A DNA stretch of 59,966 nt, the filler included, from Dimargaris cristalligena (lineage: Eukaryota): NCBI GenBank assembly GCA_003614675.1. It is 4 parts of 4 records of this genome, joined end to end, with 100 filler letters (N's around TTAATTAATTAA, not from the genome) between each part and the next. Parts side by side here need not be neighbours in the genome. Positions count along the whole stretch, not along the records: positions 30,102 to 44,985 come from ML002925.1; positions 45,086 to 59,966 come from ML002926.1; 2 more parts are not named here. One strand, 5' to 3'. Under the pieces are notes generated by a model, which saw only the letters and a list, made by a program, of their open reading frames with translations, made no database searches and had not been told where the DNA came from. Positions within the stretch are counted from its first letter, which is position 1, and every line of letters starts with the position of its first letter. Below, piece after piece: positions 35,145 to 46,234 of the stretch. The translations under genes and the position numbers were made by a program.

Positions 35145-37074
35145 CAGGTTGGCGGTGGAGGGGATACTTGATATTAATAGTGGTGGGGGTTGCTGCAGTC
35201 AGGGGCCGGTTGAATGGGGGTCAATTGGTGTAGCAACCGAGTCAGTAACACCCGAATTAGGGATATGATGTATTAGAGGATGGGGGAGGTACGTAAGTAG
35301 GTAGAAAGAGCTAGTTGGGTTAACAAGTGCGTGGAATGCGAAAGGTTCCCGCACATGCAGTTGGGTGAGCGGAACAGGCAACTAACTGAACCACCTGTCA
35401 CTGGTATATGCCTTTGTCTTTGTGGCTAGTTGGGACTGGGCCGGGTGATGGATGCCCCTGTTCTCTTAGTAAGTAGGTTTCAGAGAAGACGACCGGCTTA
35501 ATCGCGGGTGCCCCTTAGGCTGCCACTAGAAGCACCACTTAATCGAATAGGTAGGCCAATATAGCTGAATTGTCACTAAGTGCACCAATCCGACAGGGAT
35601 TATTGTAAGAATGGGCCAAAGGAAGGCCTGGGAACGGGGTAGAAGAGTGTAAACACCAAACCAGCCCCGTTTCCTTGGAGCCGGACCAGACTGGGCCGCT
35701 GCCGGTACGAAGAACCCGGGCTACTCAGGGTAAGCTGGCTTTTAGTTACTATTAACAAAAACAATCCGGTGTTTTATGTTGATATCCACGCCCTTTGCCA
35801 AGCTTCCTTCTGTTTATAGCTTCTAACTAAGATATGTGGCAACCGAACGCGTGGATGATAACAAACCCGGTGTATTAGATTGATCGCAGATATGGAGCCA
35901 CCATCGGACCAGGGCAGCGGAAACCCATCTGAGCGGCCAAATGACCCATTACACCTCGTCCCCGATTACACGCTTACCTGCCAGTTCGAGGACCCAGAGG
36001 AAGAGACGGAACATATATGATGCGACTACAATGATCGCAGCCCCAGGGATCGCCGCGATGGGGGATTGCCCGCACTTTGAAAATAAAGAGTGAGTTGGGA
36101 GAGACGAGAAAGATTACCGCCTTCATTAGTAGCCGGCTCGCAAGGCTGGCTGGCGCGGACTTTAAAATGCATGAAAGACCCTTTATGGCGGTTGTTTTGG
36201 CGGCTTCCAGCTCCCGAATTCGCTCTACTCTAGTACCTTTCACACCATCGGCCATCTGGCTAATTCGAAACGACGGGGGCTTCGGATTCGCGGATGACCC
36301 TGGTGCCAGTCTTTTTCCTCGTCGAGTCGATGGCAACAAAGGGCATTTCATTCCATTGGTGCGCTGCTGGTCCTTCGACTCGGCCCGATATAATACATCC
36401 GCTGGCGTGGCCCGCTCCGAACCAATTATCTATGCTCCACTGCGTTACTTCGGGGAGCCGCTTCCAATGCATAGAACCAACTTTGCCCGCCCGCGTCTAA
36501 TTCTCGCTCCTTTCCTTTAGCTCGTATTCGATTGCATAGTGCGATAGCCGCTTCTCCATCTACTGGGTCATACAGTGCAGGCGCGCTCCTCAGCCACTGT
36601 TGATAAGGCGGCCTGCTTGCGTTGGTTCCTTGGCAGCAGCCCGTATATCATATAATCTAATATAATACATTGGGGATTTATTATTGTAGGCCGACCCTTT
36701 GGATCGCCGCACTCTCCGACAGCGCTGCCCTGACGACAGGCCCATTCTGACTGTGAGCACCCCTCCCCCTCTCCTTTAATTCAGTGCTGTCCCTGTGCAC
36801 TTCCATCCCCAAACTGCTGCTGGTCTGCATACATTCTTAGGAAACCGCTATTATGCTTCTATGTTCCCCTCTACTCCACTATCTGCCCTGTATATAGCTT
36901 CTTTTGCAACCCTATAATTATTTTTGCCAACTTATTCTATTGCTTTACCGCCCCGTTCCTTTGGTGTGGCGACGAGTCCTTCTCCTCTGCTCATTCCCCG
37001 CACTCTAGACCAGGGGTGCGATACTAGGCCCCCCACACAACGAACTGCCTGTTAGAGTTCCACCCCGCTCTTCT

Positions 37075-40000
37075 ATGGATGCTCTGATGGCCGAAACTCC
37101 CCGACCACTCCCTGGCAAAGCGCTGGACGACATGCCCGCGGCCTCCGAGAACCAGCCGTCCTCTCTGGTCCAGGATACTGATCTCGTCCAGCTACTGTCA
37201 TCCTTCGCCTCCGTCGACGGCCCATCCCTATCCCTGAACATCCTGGACTTTAGCGCCTCGTCTATCAATGACTTTCCTTCGGCCGACTCTCCGCTGTCCA
37301 GCCTCAGTCCCCCCTTTCACGTATCCCCGGACCATGGCGCCAGCCAGTTTACCCACATTTCCCGCCCCCCTGTGGCCCCCCGAGTGGTACCAAGAACTAC
37401 TCAGTCACCGTCGCCTCCACCAGACTCACTGGTACTTGGGACTGCTACCTCCGTAACCTTCTCGGACCTACCGCCTAAACCAACCGTTACTGCTTTACTC
37501 CCCGCCAGTACCGCCCCGAGTAAGGTTGTTCCACCAACTGCTATACTACTATCGGGCCTGGCCTCCCCGCCCCGGTTAGCCCGCGAGCCCACCATTCCCA
37601 AACTTGCGGCTAGTTCGCTCTTCCCGCCCACTCCTACTGTATCACCATCGTCCTCGACCGCCCAAATACATATAGCCCAGGCCCTACTCAGTCCCCCGCT
37701 TCCCATATCCGAACGACTTACTATTACCCTACGCCGCCCGTCAGCTCCCGAGCCGAACCAATCCGGTATAACCCTCGCCTCTCCCCGACCTAACCGGCCT
37801 GCGGCCACTGGCACCTCCCCGCTGCAACAGCCGGTCCCGGCACGCAAACTCTCCCAGAGTAGCAGCTATAAATACAACTCCCTCAACGTTCTGCCCCGCC
37901 CCCGTCCCGTCCCCAGCGCGCGGTTAAGTTCGATGGGGCAACGCCGCCGGCTAGTCAAGTCCTACATGTCGCCTAACAGCCCCGAGTTTCAGCGCATGGC
38001 CCGGGTCCTGGGTTGGGATAAGAAAAATATCTTTAACCAGCCCTTGGGCCTCAACGATCCACCGACCGAGCCCATGCCACCCCCACCGTCCCTCTCCCGG
38101 ACCACCTTACCCCCTGGTCGGTACTCCACCGGGTGGTTTAGTACCCGCGATTCCATGGCCAGCGACTCATCCCTTCCCCCTCCCCCCGTTGGTTCGTTAC
38201 CCCAACTTCCTCATATCCCCTTTGCCACCGGCGAATTCGCCGCTACTTCCGCCGACACCCACTCCGGTGTTCGGGGGAGCGCCACGATGCCCCTACCCCG
38301 TAGCCACCGCAAACGGTCCCACTTCAGTAAATCCAGCTTCGGTTTTCGCCTTAAGCGCGGCGACAGTCCATCCCTGCACCGTCGGAGTATGGCTTCGTCC
38401 ATATCCGATGGTAGCCAAACTGGCCCCGGGAAACCCCTTGGGGCCCTGAAGACCAGTGGTGGGGTAATGGGCAATTTGCCAGCAACGGTCGAGACGGAAT
38501 CCGTACCCACTGTCGAACTGGACGACTCAACGATATTCGACCGCGTGGCCAACGACGATGACCGATCATGTATCGTATGGTCAACTTCTCGTGCGCCAGA
38601 CCGCTCTCGGGACCCCGCCACCGTTTATCAAATCAAACCCGTCCGTCGACCATCGGTTCTGCACCAACTGCGTGCACGCTACCGGGCCATGATGCACCGG
38701 ACGAGCGGGGGTGATAGTTCGTTGAGTGTACCACCAACCATCCCCTCGTATTCATCACGGCACCACCGTCTCACTCTGATCCCCGATACCCAACCCACCG
38801 CAACCCCGGGAAACCCCCGCGTCATATTGGCCGCCACCCTCGAAAAATTGATCCAGAAAATCACCACCGAAGTGGACTACGCCTTCGTTTCCGATTTCTT
38901 CCTGACCTACCGCGATTTCTTGACCCCCATCCAACTCTGCCGTCTCCTCTTTCTGCGCTTCGATTGGGCCACCCAGCAGGATGATGACAGTCATAAGTTA
39001 GTCCGTATCCGCCTCTTCATTGTCCTCCGGTTTTGGCTCCGGAACTACTTCGTGCTCGATTTCGGCCCTAACCAAGAACTCCGCTTTACCTTCACCCAGT
39101 GCCTTCACGATATCTGGACCAACCCCCACTGCCAGGACTCGCCTCGCGAGGCCCGGATACTTATCGAGCTGGAGAAAATCATGCAGGAGCTAGCGACCAC
39201 CCATTTCCGGACCCTAAGGGCCCGCTCACTAACCCCCCAGCTAGCTGTTATCAATGACCCCAAGGATCGTCGGGCCGCCGAAGGGTCATCGTACAATCTT
39301 TCGCACTCGATACTCAGTGCTTATGGCGGTACCTCGTCAACGTCTCCGGACCGACATGGATCGACCAGTTCCGTCAGCTTAAGCCAAGTGAGCGCCAGTG
39401 ACTTGGAAGCCCATACCTGGGGGCCCTACTTTGCTCTACTGGATCGGAACTTACCCGCCGCCAATGAATTGCAGAACCTCAATCTGGGCAGTCACGCCGC
39501 GCCTCTCAACCTCCCGGCCAATCCTAACCACTCCTACTTTGATGTAATTTCCAAACTCCAGTCAACGCCGTCCCATCTCATGAAAGCCGCCGCGACCGCC
39601 AAACTAACCGATCGGGAAAGTAAGGTAGACCCATTCTTTACGTCCATGACCACGGGTGGTCTGTCTGCGAATCATTTGGCACCTGATCGTAGCAACCGGC
39701 TATCCCAGACTTACGTTCCGCCAGCCAAGGTAGTCCCCCCCCCTGCCGTGGTGGTCCCTCCTTCACAGACGACCGGCCCGAGTGCCTTTCCCAAACTGCA
39801 GGATACCATCTACCACCAGCCCAGCCCCTCTTTGGCATCAACATTGGCCATTCGGCCCGTCACTTCCGCTCCTGACCTCAAAATTAGCACCGTACCCCTA
39901 ACCCAATTCAATATTCAGAGGATGCGCCAAAATTCCATTCGTAATCGTCGCCTGGCCAACTGCTACTGCAAGCAAAAATATGCCCTCAACTTTTACGCCA

Positions 40001-43000
40001 ATAAAACGGAGGGGCGTGGTACCCCAACTGGGTCCGGGTCGGGCAGAGTTTCGCGTAAATTAAGTCACACTAGCCAGGACATTTCTAGTGGGCGATGGGG
40101 AAGTGACTGGGGAGCCCCCGGAGGGACAAGAGGAGGCAATGGAAGTGCCGGAAGGTCTTCGTCCACTAGTGCAGCCATGGGTATCGGTGCGGGCCCGGCA
40201 TCATCTGCTGCACTGGCCGGACCCATTACCACGGTGTCCCACTATTACTCCAACCCATTTGACGTATCCTTTTTTAGCGCCTACCCCGGCGGACGGAAAG
40301 GGGGAAGTCGGACTCCGGGATTCGGCCTTACTGACGATGACCATCGAGCCCCTCGTTCGACCCGCGCCTTTCGCAATCGGTCTAACCGCCATCCCTCGGG
40401 GTCTACCCATTTAGGGCAGTCCAGTTCCATGTCGATTGATGGCAGCCCAGGATACACGCCCACCTCCGCGTCCTTTCCCAAGAAAATGCAACATATATTT
40501 TTGGGTAAACGTACTGCACGCCAGCGAGCCCTTCGACTCTTGCGTAAAACCAACTTATACTACCGACGACAGCGGTTTATTGTATCGTACCGCCGTAATC
40601 ACCTCCATCTTCAACAGCAGCAGATGCGTGCCTACCAACGTTATCGCCGCTCCCTGTCCCTGGTTCATCCGGTGGAAATTGATATTTCCGCCTCAGAGAC
40701 GAATAGAATCTCCAATACCACCGTCCCTACTGCTCCCACGGGTCCCTCAAAGGGCACAGCAATGGCTGGGCTGTCGTTGTCATCGCCAAATATCCACCCA
40801 ACCGTCCGTAAATTAAGTATGGCCGACGCCGCCCCTTCTCCTCCAGTGGTGGGTCGGACAGCCCGGAAGCCCCGGAGCAACTCGGATACTCAGCATAGTC
40901 TATTCTCCTGCTCCACGGAGTCCTCTTCTGTATCGTCGTCGGCATCCATGTCCCCGACCGCTACGGCCAATTCCCAGCGCCCCCATCCTTCAGCTGATCG
41001 CCCCAAAACCAATTTGGTCACCCGCTACTTTAGTCTCCTGTTGCCCCACAGTTCAGACCAGCGCTCGGGGACTGCCTCACCTCCCCCTGACCCGGCTTCA
41101 AATGGTAATCTGAGTTGCGAAAACTCGGGCAGTAGTAGTAGTAGTAGTAGTATCAGCAAAGGTGGCTACGGCTCTATTCCCGAGAGTCCGTCTCATTTTC
41201 ATTCATACCATAGTCCACAGACGACAGCGGTCACCCCAGCCTCTTCCAATACACTGACGCCTGCCTCTTCGTCACTCTCTCGGTTCCGACTTAATAGCCT
41301 TACCTCCAAATCATCCCCGCTGGCGGCCGCTCAACCTGACTTGGACGAGGCCGGTAAACCAATCCCACCTTCCCGCCCCCGTGGTTTCCTCAACCGTTGG
41401 CGCCAGGATGACGCATCCAGCACATCACCCAAGGCAACTGGAACTGACAACCGGGGCTCCCAGTCTTTGGACACTTTACCAGTGCTTGCCGTATCCTTCT
41501 CGGATGGGGTGAAGCCGCCCGCCGATCAACTGTGCCAATCATTGGACCCGCTGGAGCAGCAGCCGCGGCAAAAACAGCGGCCAATACCTCCGCCCCGGCC
41601 CCATTTCCCGGCCATCGAAGCGGATCGTCGTTCTCTGGACTCTATCCAGCCGGCCTCAGCACTTCAGAGTTCGATATTGGATACACCCACCATATCGTTC
41701 GCTGATTTCGAACCCGCTCCGACCGTGCGGCTGACCAGCGTCGGTGGGCCTGCGACTTACTTCCCTAATGGACGCTGTCCTTCTCCCGTGAACCTGGCGC
41801 TGGCTTCGGGTTCAGGTCCTACGGTCGCTGCTGCTTCCTGCCGCAACCTACCCGCAGCTGTTCCAGCGGCGACGAAACCATCGGCCAAGCCTTCGACTCC
41901 CTCTCCCCGACAGGGTAATCCGGATGACCTAGATAGCCAGCGTTCGTGTATCCTCTACTTCCGGTCCGAACTAATTGCCCAACAGCTGTGTATTATGGAA
42001 TGCGAGATACTACAACGGGTCAGTTGGCAGGATTTGATCGAATTGCGTTGGCAAAAGAAGAAGCGGGCGGCCCCGCCCCCCGCCAACCCCACCAGCACGG
42101 AGGCGGGTCAGTCCACCGGTGTCGGTGCCTCCCGCACCACTTCGCATTCCAGCCTAGGCTCCACTCCCGGGGCGGGCCCCGACCCCATTGGCAACGACTG
42201 CGGGGTCTCCCAAGTGATCCGACGGTTTGACCAAATGTCGCAGTGGGCGGTGACCGAAATCATCCGCACGTTAGATATCCAGGAGCGGGTCCTGGTGGTC
42301 GAGAAGTTCATTCGGGTGGCGCTCAAGTGCTACCACCACGCCAATTTCTCTACCCTCATGCAAATCCTCTTCGCCCTCCAGTCGTCCCCCGTGCACCGGC
42401 TCAAACAAACGTGGTCCCTGATCGGGGACTACGAATACCACATGTTCCAATACCTCAAGGATTTCGCCTGCCCCACGCGGAATTGGAAAAACCTGCGGGA
42501 TGCGACCAAAGTAATGCTGGAATGCGGGTGCGGGAACGATCTCGGGGAAATGCGGATATGCCCCACTTGTTCGCGGGCGTCCCTGACGCTGCAGGATAAC
42601 CCCCGCACGGTCACGGAGGTGTACGAAAGGTACCAAATTGGGGGCTGTGTCCCCTTTCTGGGCCTGTTTTTGTCGGATTTGGTTATGAACGCCGAATTAC
42701 CCACCTTTGTGCGACCCCGCCCGCTGAGCACTGCGTCGGCCAGTAGTAGCCATACGAACGGTACAACCACTACCTCCACCACCACCCGGGGTAGTAGTAG
42801 TACTAGTACCAGTGCCAGTACCAGTAGTCCTGGGGGAGGTGAGGGAGGGTTGGCGGTCCCGGCCCCCGCTCGGCTCATGGTTAACTTTCATAAACTCCGC
42901 AACTCGGCCGGTATCATCAAACGCCTGATTGCGTTTCAAACGGTGCTGGCCCATCGGTACCCATTCACCAAGGACCCCCTGGTGTATTCGCTTTTAAGCG

Positions 43001-43059
43001 ATAATCTAGAGGTGTGGGATGAAAAAACGGTTATGGCGAACAGCTGTAAATTGGAGTAA
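37075..43059 (+). CDS. LTE1: Ras-family guanine nucleotide exchange factor, Lte1-like (REM domain, long disordered region, CDC25 domain)
   Basis: 1994-aa intronless ORF. REM: VILAATLEKLIQKIT..DYAFVSDFFLTYRDFL..RIRLFIVLRFWLRNYFVLDF. CDC25: SELIAQQLCIME, RFDQMSQWAVTEII, NFSTLMQILFAL, GCVPFLGLFLSDL, MVNFHKLR. Confidence 0.85.
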   Translation: MDALMAETPRPLPGKALDDMPAASENQPSSLVQDTDLVQLLSSFASVDGPSLSLNILDFSASSINDFPSADSPLSSLSPPFHVSPDHGASQFTHISRPPVAPRVVPRTTQSPSPPPDSLVLGTATSVTFSDLPPKPTVTALLPASTAPSKVVPPTAILLSGLASPPRLAREPTIPKLAASSLFPPTPTVSPSSSTAQIHIAQALLSPPLPISERLTITLRRPSAPEPNQSGITLASPRPNRPAATGTSPLQQPVPARKLSQSSSYKYNSLNVLPRPRPVPSARLSSMGQRRRLVKSYMSPNSPEFQRMARVLGWDKKNIFNQPLGLNDPPTEPMPPPPSLSRTTLPPGRYSTGWFSTRDSMASDSSLPPPPVGSLPQLPHIPFATGEFAATSADTHSGVRGSATMPLPRSHRKRSHFSKSSFGFRLKRGDSPSLHRRSMASSISDGSQTGPGKPLGALKTSGGVMGNLPATVETESVPTVELDDSTIFDRVANDDDRSCIVWSTSRAPDRSRDPATVYQIKPVRRPSVLHQLRARYRAMMHRTSGGDSSLSVPPTIPSYSSRHHRLTLIPDTQPTATPGNPRVILAATLEKLIQKITTEVDYAFVSDFFLTYRDFLTPIQLCRLLFLRFDWATQQDDDSHKLVRIRLFIVLRFWLRNYFVLDFGPNQELRFTFTQCLHDIWTNPHCQDSPREARILIELEKIMQELATTHFRTLRARSLTPQLAVINDPKDRRAAEGSSYNLSHSILSAYGGTSSTSPDRHGSTSSVSLSQVSASDLEAHTWGPYFALLDRNLPAANELQNLNLGSHAAPLNLPANPNHSYFDVISKLQSTPSHLMKAAATAKLTDRESKVDPFFTSMTTGGLSANHLAPDRSNRLSQTYVPPAKVVPPPAVVVPPSQTTGPSAFPKLQDTIYHQPSPSLASTLAIRPVTSAPDLKISTVPLTQFNIQRMRQNSIRNRRLANCYCKQKYALNFYANKTEGRGTPTGSGSGRVSRKLSHTSQDISSGRWGSDWGAPGGTRGGNGSAGRSSSTSAAMGIGAGPASSAALAGPITTVSHYYSNPFDVSFFSAYPGGRKGGSRTPGFGLTDDDHRAPRSTRAFRNRSNRHPSGSTHLGQSSSMSIDGSPGYTPTSASFPKKMQHIFLGKRTARQRALRLLRKTNLYYRRQRFIVSYRRNHLHLQQQQMRAYQRYRRSLSLVHPVEIDISASETNRISNTTVPTAPTGPSKGTAMAGLSLSSPNIHPTVRKLSMADAAPSPPVVGRTARKPRSNSDTQHSLFSCSTESSSVSSSASMSPTATANSQRPHPSADRPKTNLVTRYFSLLLPHSSDQRSGTASPPPDPASNGNLSCENSGSSSSSSSISKGGYGSIPESPSHFHSYHSPQTTAVTPASSNTLTPASSSLSRFRLNSLTSKSSPLAAAQPDLDEAGKPIPPSRPRGFLNRWRQDDASSTSPKATGTDNRGSQSLDTLPVLAVSFSDGVKPPADQLCQSLDPLEQQPRQKQRPIPPPRPHFPAIEADRRSLDSIQPASALQSSILDTPTISFADFEPAPTVRLTSVGGPATYFPNGRCPSPVNLALASGSGPTVAAASCRNLPAAVPAATKPSAKPSTPSPRQGNPDDLDSQRSCILYFRSELIAQQLCIMECEILQRVSWQDLIELRWQKKKRAAPPPANPTSTEAGQSTGVGASRTTSHSSLGSTPGAGPDPIGNDCGVSQVIRRFDQMSQWAVTEIIRTLDIQERVLVVEKFIRVALKCYHHANFSTLMQILFALQSSPVHRLKQTWSLIGDYEYHMFQYLKDFACPTRNWKNLRDATKVMLECGCGNDLGEMRICPTCSRASLTLQDNPRTVTEVYERYQIGGCVPFLGLFLSDLVMNAELPTFVRPRPLSTASASSSHTNGTTTTSTTTRGSSSTSTSASTSSPGGGEGGLAVPAPARLMVNFHKLRNSAGIIKRLIAFQTVLAHRYPFTKDPLVYSLLSDNLEVWDEKTVMANSCKLE

Positions 43060-44156
43060 ATGCAGCCAGGGGTGTTGTCTGTATGTGTGTGGGGGGAGGG
43101 CGAGGAAGAAGGCAAAATGGAGTCACGGTTCTCCTCGCCTTCTTATATCATGGTGCATTTCCATGTTCAGTAGATCGATTTAGTCATCCACGATTGGACT
43201 ATCATTTGATGCGTTTATTACCATTCACAAAACTATAGTTTATGCCTTATATTGTGCCACCTTTATTTTTAACTACGCTATAAATGTGGTGTTTACTGTT
43301 CAATAAGCCACCTCCTTCTTATTTACATTAATTTATGTACGATTTCTGTCTTTTTGGTGTTAGCGAATTAATTCCATAGTATCAGTTCCAAAAGGTGAAA
43401 CTCGTGATAATACTACCCTAATTTAGTGCTACGGTTGAATATGGGAGTAGTTCAACAAGGCTGTATAACGAAAAATCCATTTGATGAGGCAAATACTACT
43501 GGTTGAAAATAAACATCCCGCGGATTTTCCCATACACATATCAGTTAAACCCTTATACAGCCAAGTTGAACTTCACCCATATTATGTTTTTTTACGTTTC
43601 CCCTATTCGCACCCCTTTTATGCCAATCATTTTTTTTCCTCTCGCTACCTTGCGTTTATATTCTTTATATTACCTTCTCCATTCTCTGTATATGCTTTCT
43701 GGAACATTATCCATGATTAGTTTTCTTGTCGTTTATAATCCTATATATATATCTCCGCTTTCCATATTTTGACCGCCATCTTGAAGACTTAACATTACCC
43801 CTCATACATATATACATAAACTCTCCATGGATTAGTATTTCACTTGTTGATCTCCATTCCAACCGGAGCCCTTTTGTCTGTCATAGCTGTACCCAGCACT
43901 GCCTTTGGCCTATAGGTGATACTACTTCGCCCCTCCTAGCATTCCTCTCACTCACTCATAAGCACAGTCATAGGTAATAATTTCAGTAATGACTGAAATA
44001 TCTACACTTAGGATAAGTAACAGGAAGTAATACATAAGGTGATATGGTAAAGGGCACTTTGTAGATAGTTGATAAGGTATACCTTGTTAGTATGAGTTTG
44101 CTAGTAAGTGGTGGTATCCAATAATTACTAATCAGCTAAGGAGTAACTATAAGGTC

Positions 44157-44672
44157 TGTCATGGATGTTAGCCCACCTAATCTAACCTAAATCTAGACTT
44201 AACAATTGTTTGCCCTTATTTAGCCTTAAAGCACTATATTTACCTTCCCCTAGTCATCCCTGGTACTATGGGATCCTCCTTTATCATATAACCCTTGCCT
44301 CCTTGACTCCAGAATCCACCATTCACTCCTAGGCTAATCTAATAACTCTTCCAGTTAGTTCCCAGCTGAGTCTTCCATACCCTACACCATCCAGTTAGCT
44401 AGTTTATCCATTAGTAGTCCTTAGTAGTATCTTCCTCTAGGGACCTCCCTTTGGAGTAGTCCCCTATATATATATATAACCTGGCCCTAATAGGACTAGT
44501 TAGTTTCTTTAGCTTATTCTTACCCTCATAGTTTACTCCAAAAAACTCAAAATACACTAAACCCAGAGTATTAACTGGTAAGTATACTACTGCATATCCC
44601 TTGCATCTACCTGCACCTACCCTTTATTGATTAGTACTATGCCCACCCTAACACTAGTGTAGTAACATGGCC
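44157..44672 (-). mobile_element. Degenerate LTR-like dispersed repeat, segment L, copy 2
   Basis: The reverse complement aligns with 14241-14755 and 58135-58634. The left end reads TGTCATGG (like TGTCACGG after CpG decay). Strongly TpA-enriched, with no CpG from ~43930 to 44671. Confidence 0.75.
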
Positions 44673-44985
44673 CGGGGATCTGGGAGGGTTCAGCGTAGCC
44701 CTATTGGGTTGAAGGGCACCAGACTGTGAGGAGGAGGCCAGAAACAACTGTTCAAGTGGAGAGTGGGGACGGGATAGAGAGGGTGGAGGAGACACCTCTG
44801 GGCTCTCAGTGAACTGATGCTTTGAGCGGAACATAGGGTTTACTTAAATCAAATAACTATTATAAAAATTGGTAATTTGTTTCGTTTTTTAAGAAAGAAT
44901 GAAATAATATTTATATATATATGTAAATCTAACTTAAGGACCGTAGCTACTTTTCCTTAGCTCTTCGACGGCCTTGTAAAATTAA

Positions 44986-45085
44986 NNNNNNNNNNNNNNN
45001 NNNNNNNNNNNNNNNNNNNNNNNNNNNNNTTAATTAATTAANNNNNNNNNNNNNNNNNNNNNNNNNNNNNNNNNNNNNNNNNNNN
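44986..45085. other. Artificial contig spacer (44 N + TTAATTAATTAA + 44 N)
   Basis: Same 100-nt structure. Confidence 0.97.
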
Positions 45086-45440
45086 TAAGCCGTGCCTACC
45101 ATTAGAAGCCTATCCTTGGGACTCTTGATGGACTAAGAGTAGTTAACCTGGGTGATACTGGTAGTCCTGGGTTACTTAATATTGATAGCTGGAAATATTG
45201 GGGCCCTTGGTGGTGTTGCTGGTTTTGATTAAGTTTAGAATAAGCTTGCTTTAATAAACTTAGTGGCTTAGCTGTTGGGGGCTTCATGGGGTCACTAGGT
45301 ACTTGGGGATTAGGGGTTAGGGGTTAGGGATTTGTGTAGGGCTGCTGGGAGGATTGTAGGACTGGTCCTGAGGATGTCCTGGTGACCTGGGACTGGGTAT
45401 AGGTACTGCTGAAGTTTGTGGTTCTTAGGGAGGTGGCATA
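45086..45440 (-). mobile_element. Fragment of the same repeat family (segments A+B) at contig start
   Basis: Reverse complement of ~45157-45440 aligns with 58666-58935. Reverse complement of 45086-45160 aligns with ~58045-58120 (ACTCTTAGTCCATCAAGAGTCC..GGATAGGCTTCTAA). Confidence 0.75.
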
Positions 45441-46234
45441 ATAATATAAACTTCAATTAAATATTTTGTTTTGGCTGTAATTAAATCATGTAATAAATTG
45501 GAAATTTGGGAGGATGGTTTAATATGAGAGGCTCCACCAGGGTGAATAGGTAAAAATTTACCAGATGAGGCAACTATTTCTAGAAAGAAAGTAATATCCT
45601 GTATATTTTCCTAAACACATTTTATGTAGACCTATATGCTGCCGGACTGAATTTCGGCCATATGCAGCATCAAGATTTATTAGCCCAGCCATTTATTCTT
45701 GCATATTTTGAACATCACTGGCTTTTAGTTAGCTATATTTCTTTGTAAAAACCAACCTAATCCACCCCTATAAAATTATATACATGCTGTTATCGCAAGG
45801 TTTAATGACCTATCCATTGGTGCTGAAATTTATTATATTTATGTTGGTTCCAAAGGCGTAGACCAACTTCCAATGTCATTTTAGCAGCTATTGAGAAAGG
45901 GGGAGGTGGGGCCATCGTCCATTAATGGAAAAATATCTAAAAATCCAGGTTTAGTATTTATAATGGAGTCTTGCACAGAGTAATACCACGGTTTATAGAC
46001 TATATGTAGAATTTAACATTGCGCAAAGTATGAAAATAGAAATAGCGAGGTATTTATTTTTAACCAGCAATACCGGCCTTACCCAGCGGGGTCTACTTGG
46101 TGCAACCGAATTGAGCCTCACCCCCTATCGCTACAATCACCGGACGCCCCACCCTTCGTTGATTTACTCCACCTCTTCCTATTCCCACTTTTCTAGCCAA
46201 GGCTTATCTCCATGATGGATTCATGGTTGGACCA

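Noticed and set aside
35974-36520. Overlapping 125-147 aa ORFs between VPS8 and LTE1
   Set aside because: No recognisable domain or coherent exon chain; likely divergent promoter/UTR sequence.
44166-44666. Perfect TGTTA...TAACA termini followed by TGG, suggesting a 501-bp solo LTR with a PBS
   Set aside because: Homology with other copies continues a little past both ends, the flanks (ATGGA/TGGCC) are not a clean TSD, and TGGCCCGGGGATC does not resemble a tRNA 3' end I recognise. The exact termini remain unresolved.
45310-45330. TTAGGGG/TTAGGG telomere-like units near a contig start
   Set aside because: Only about three units, internal to repeat segment A and not expanded in the 58 kb copy; a local slippage.
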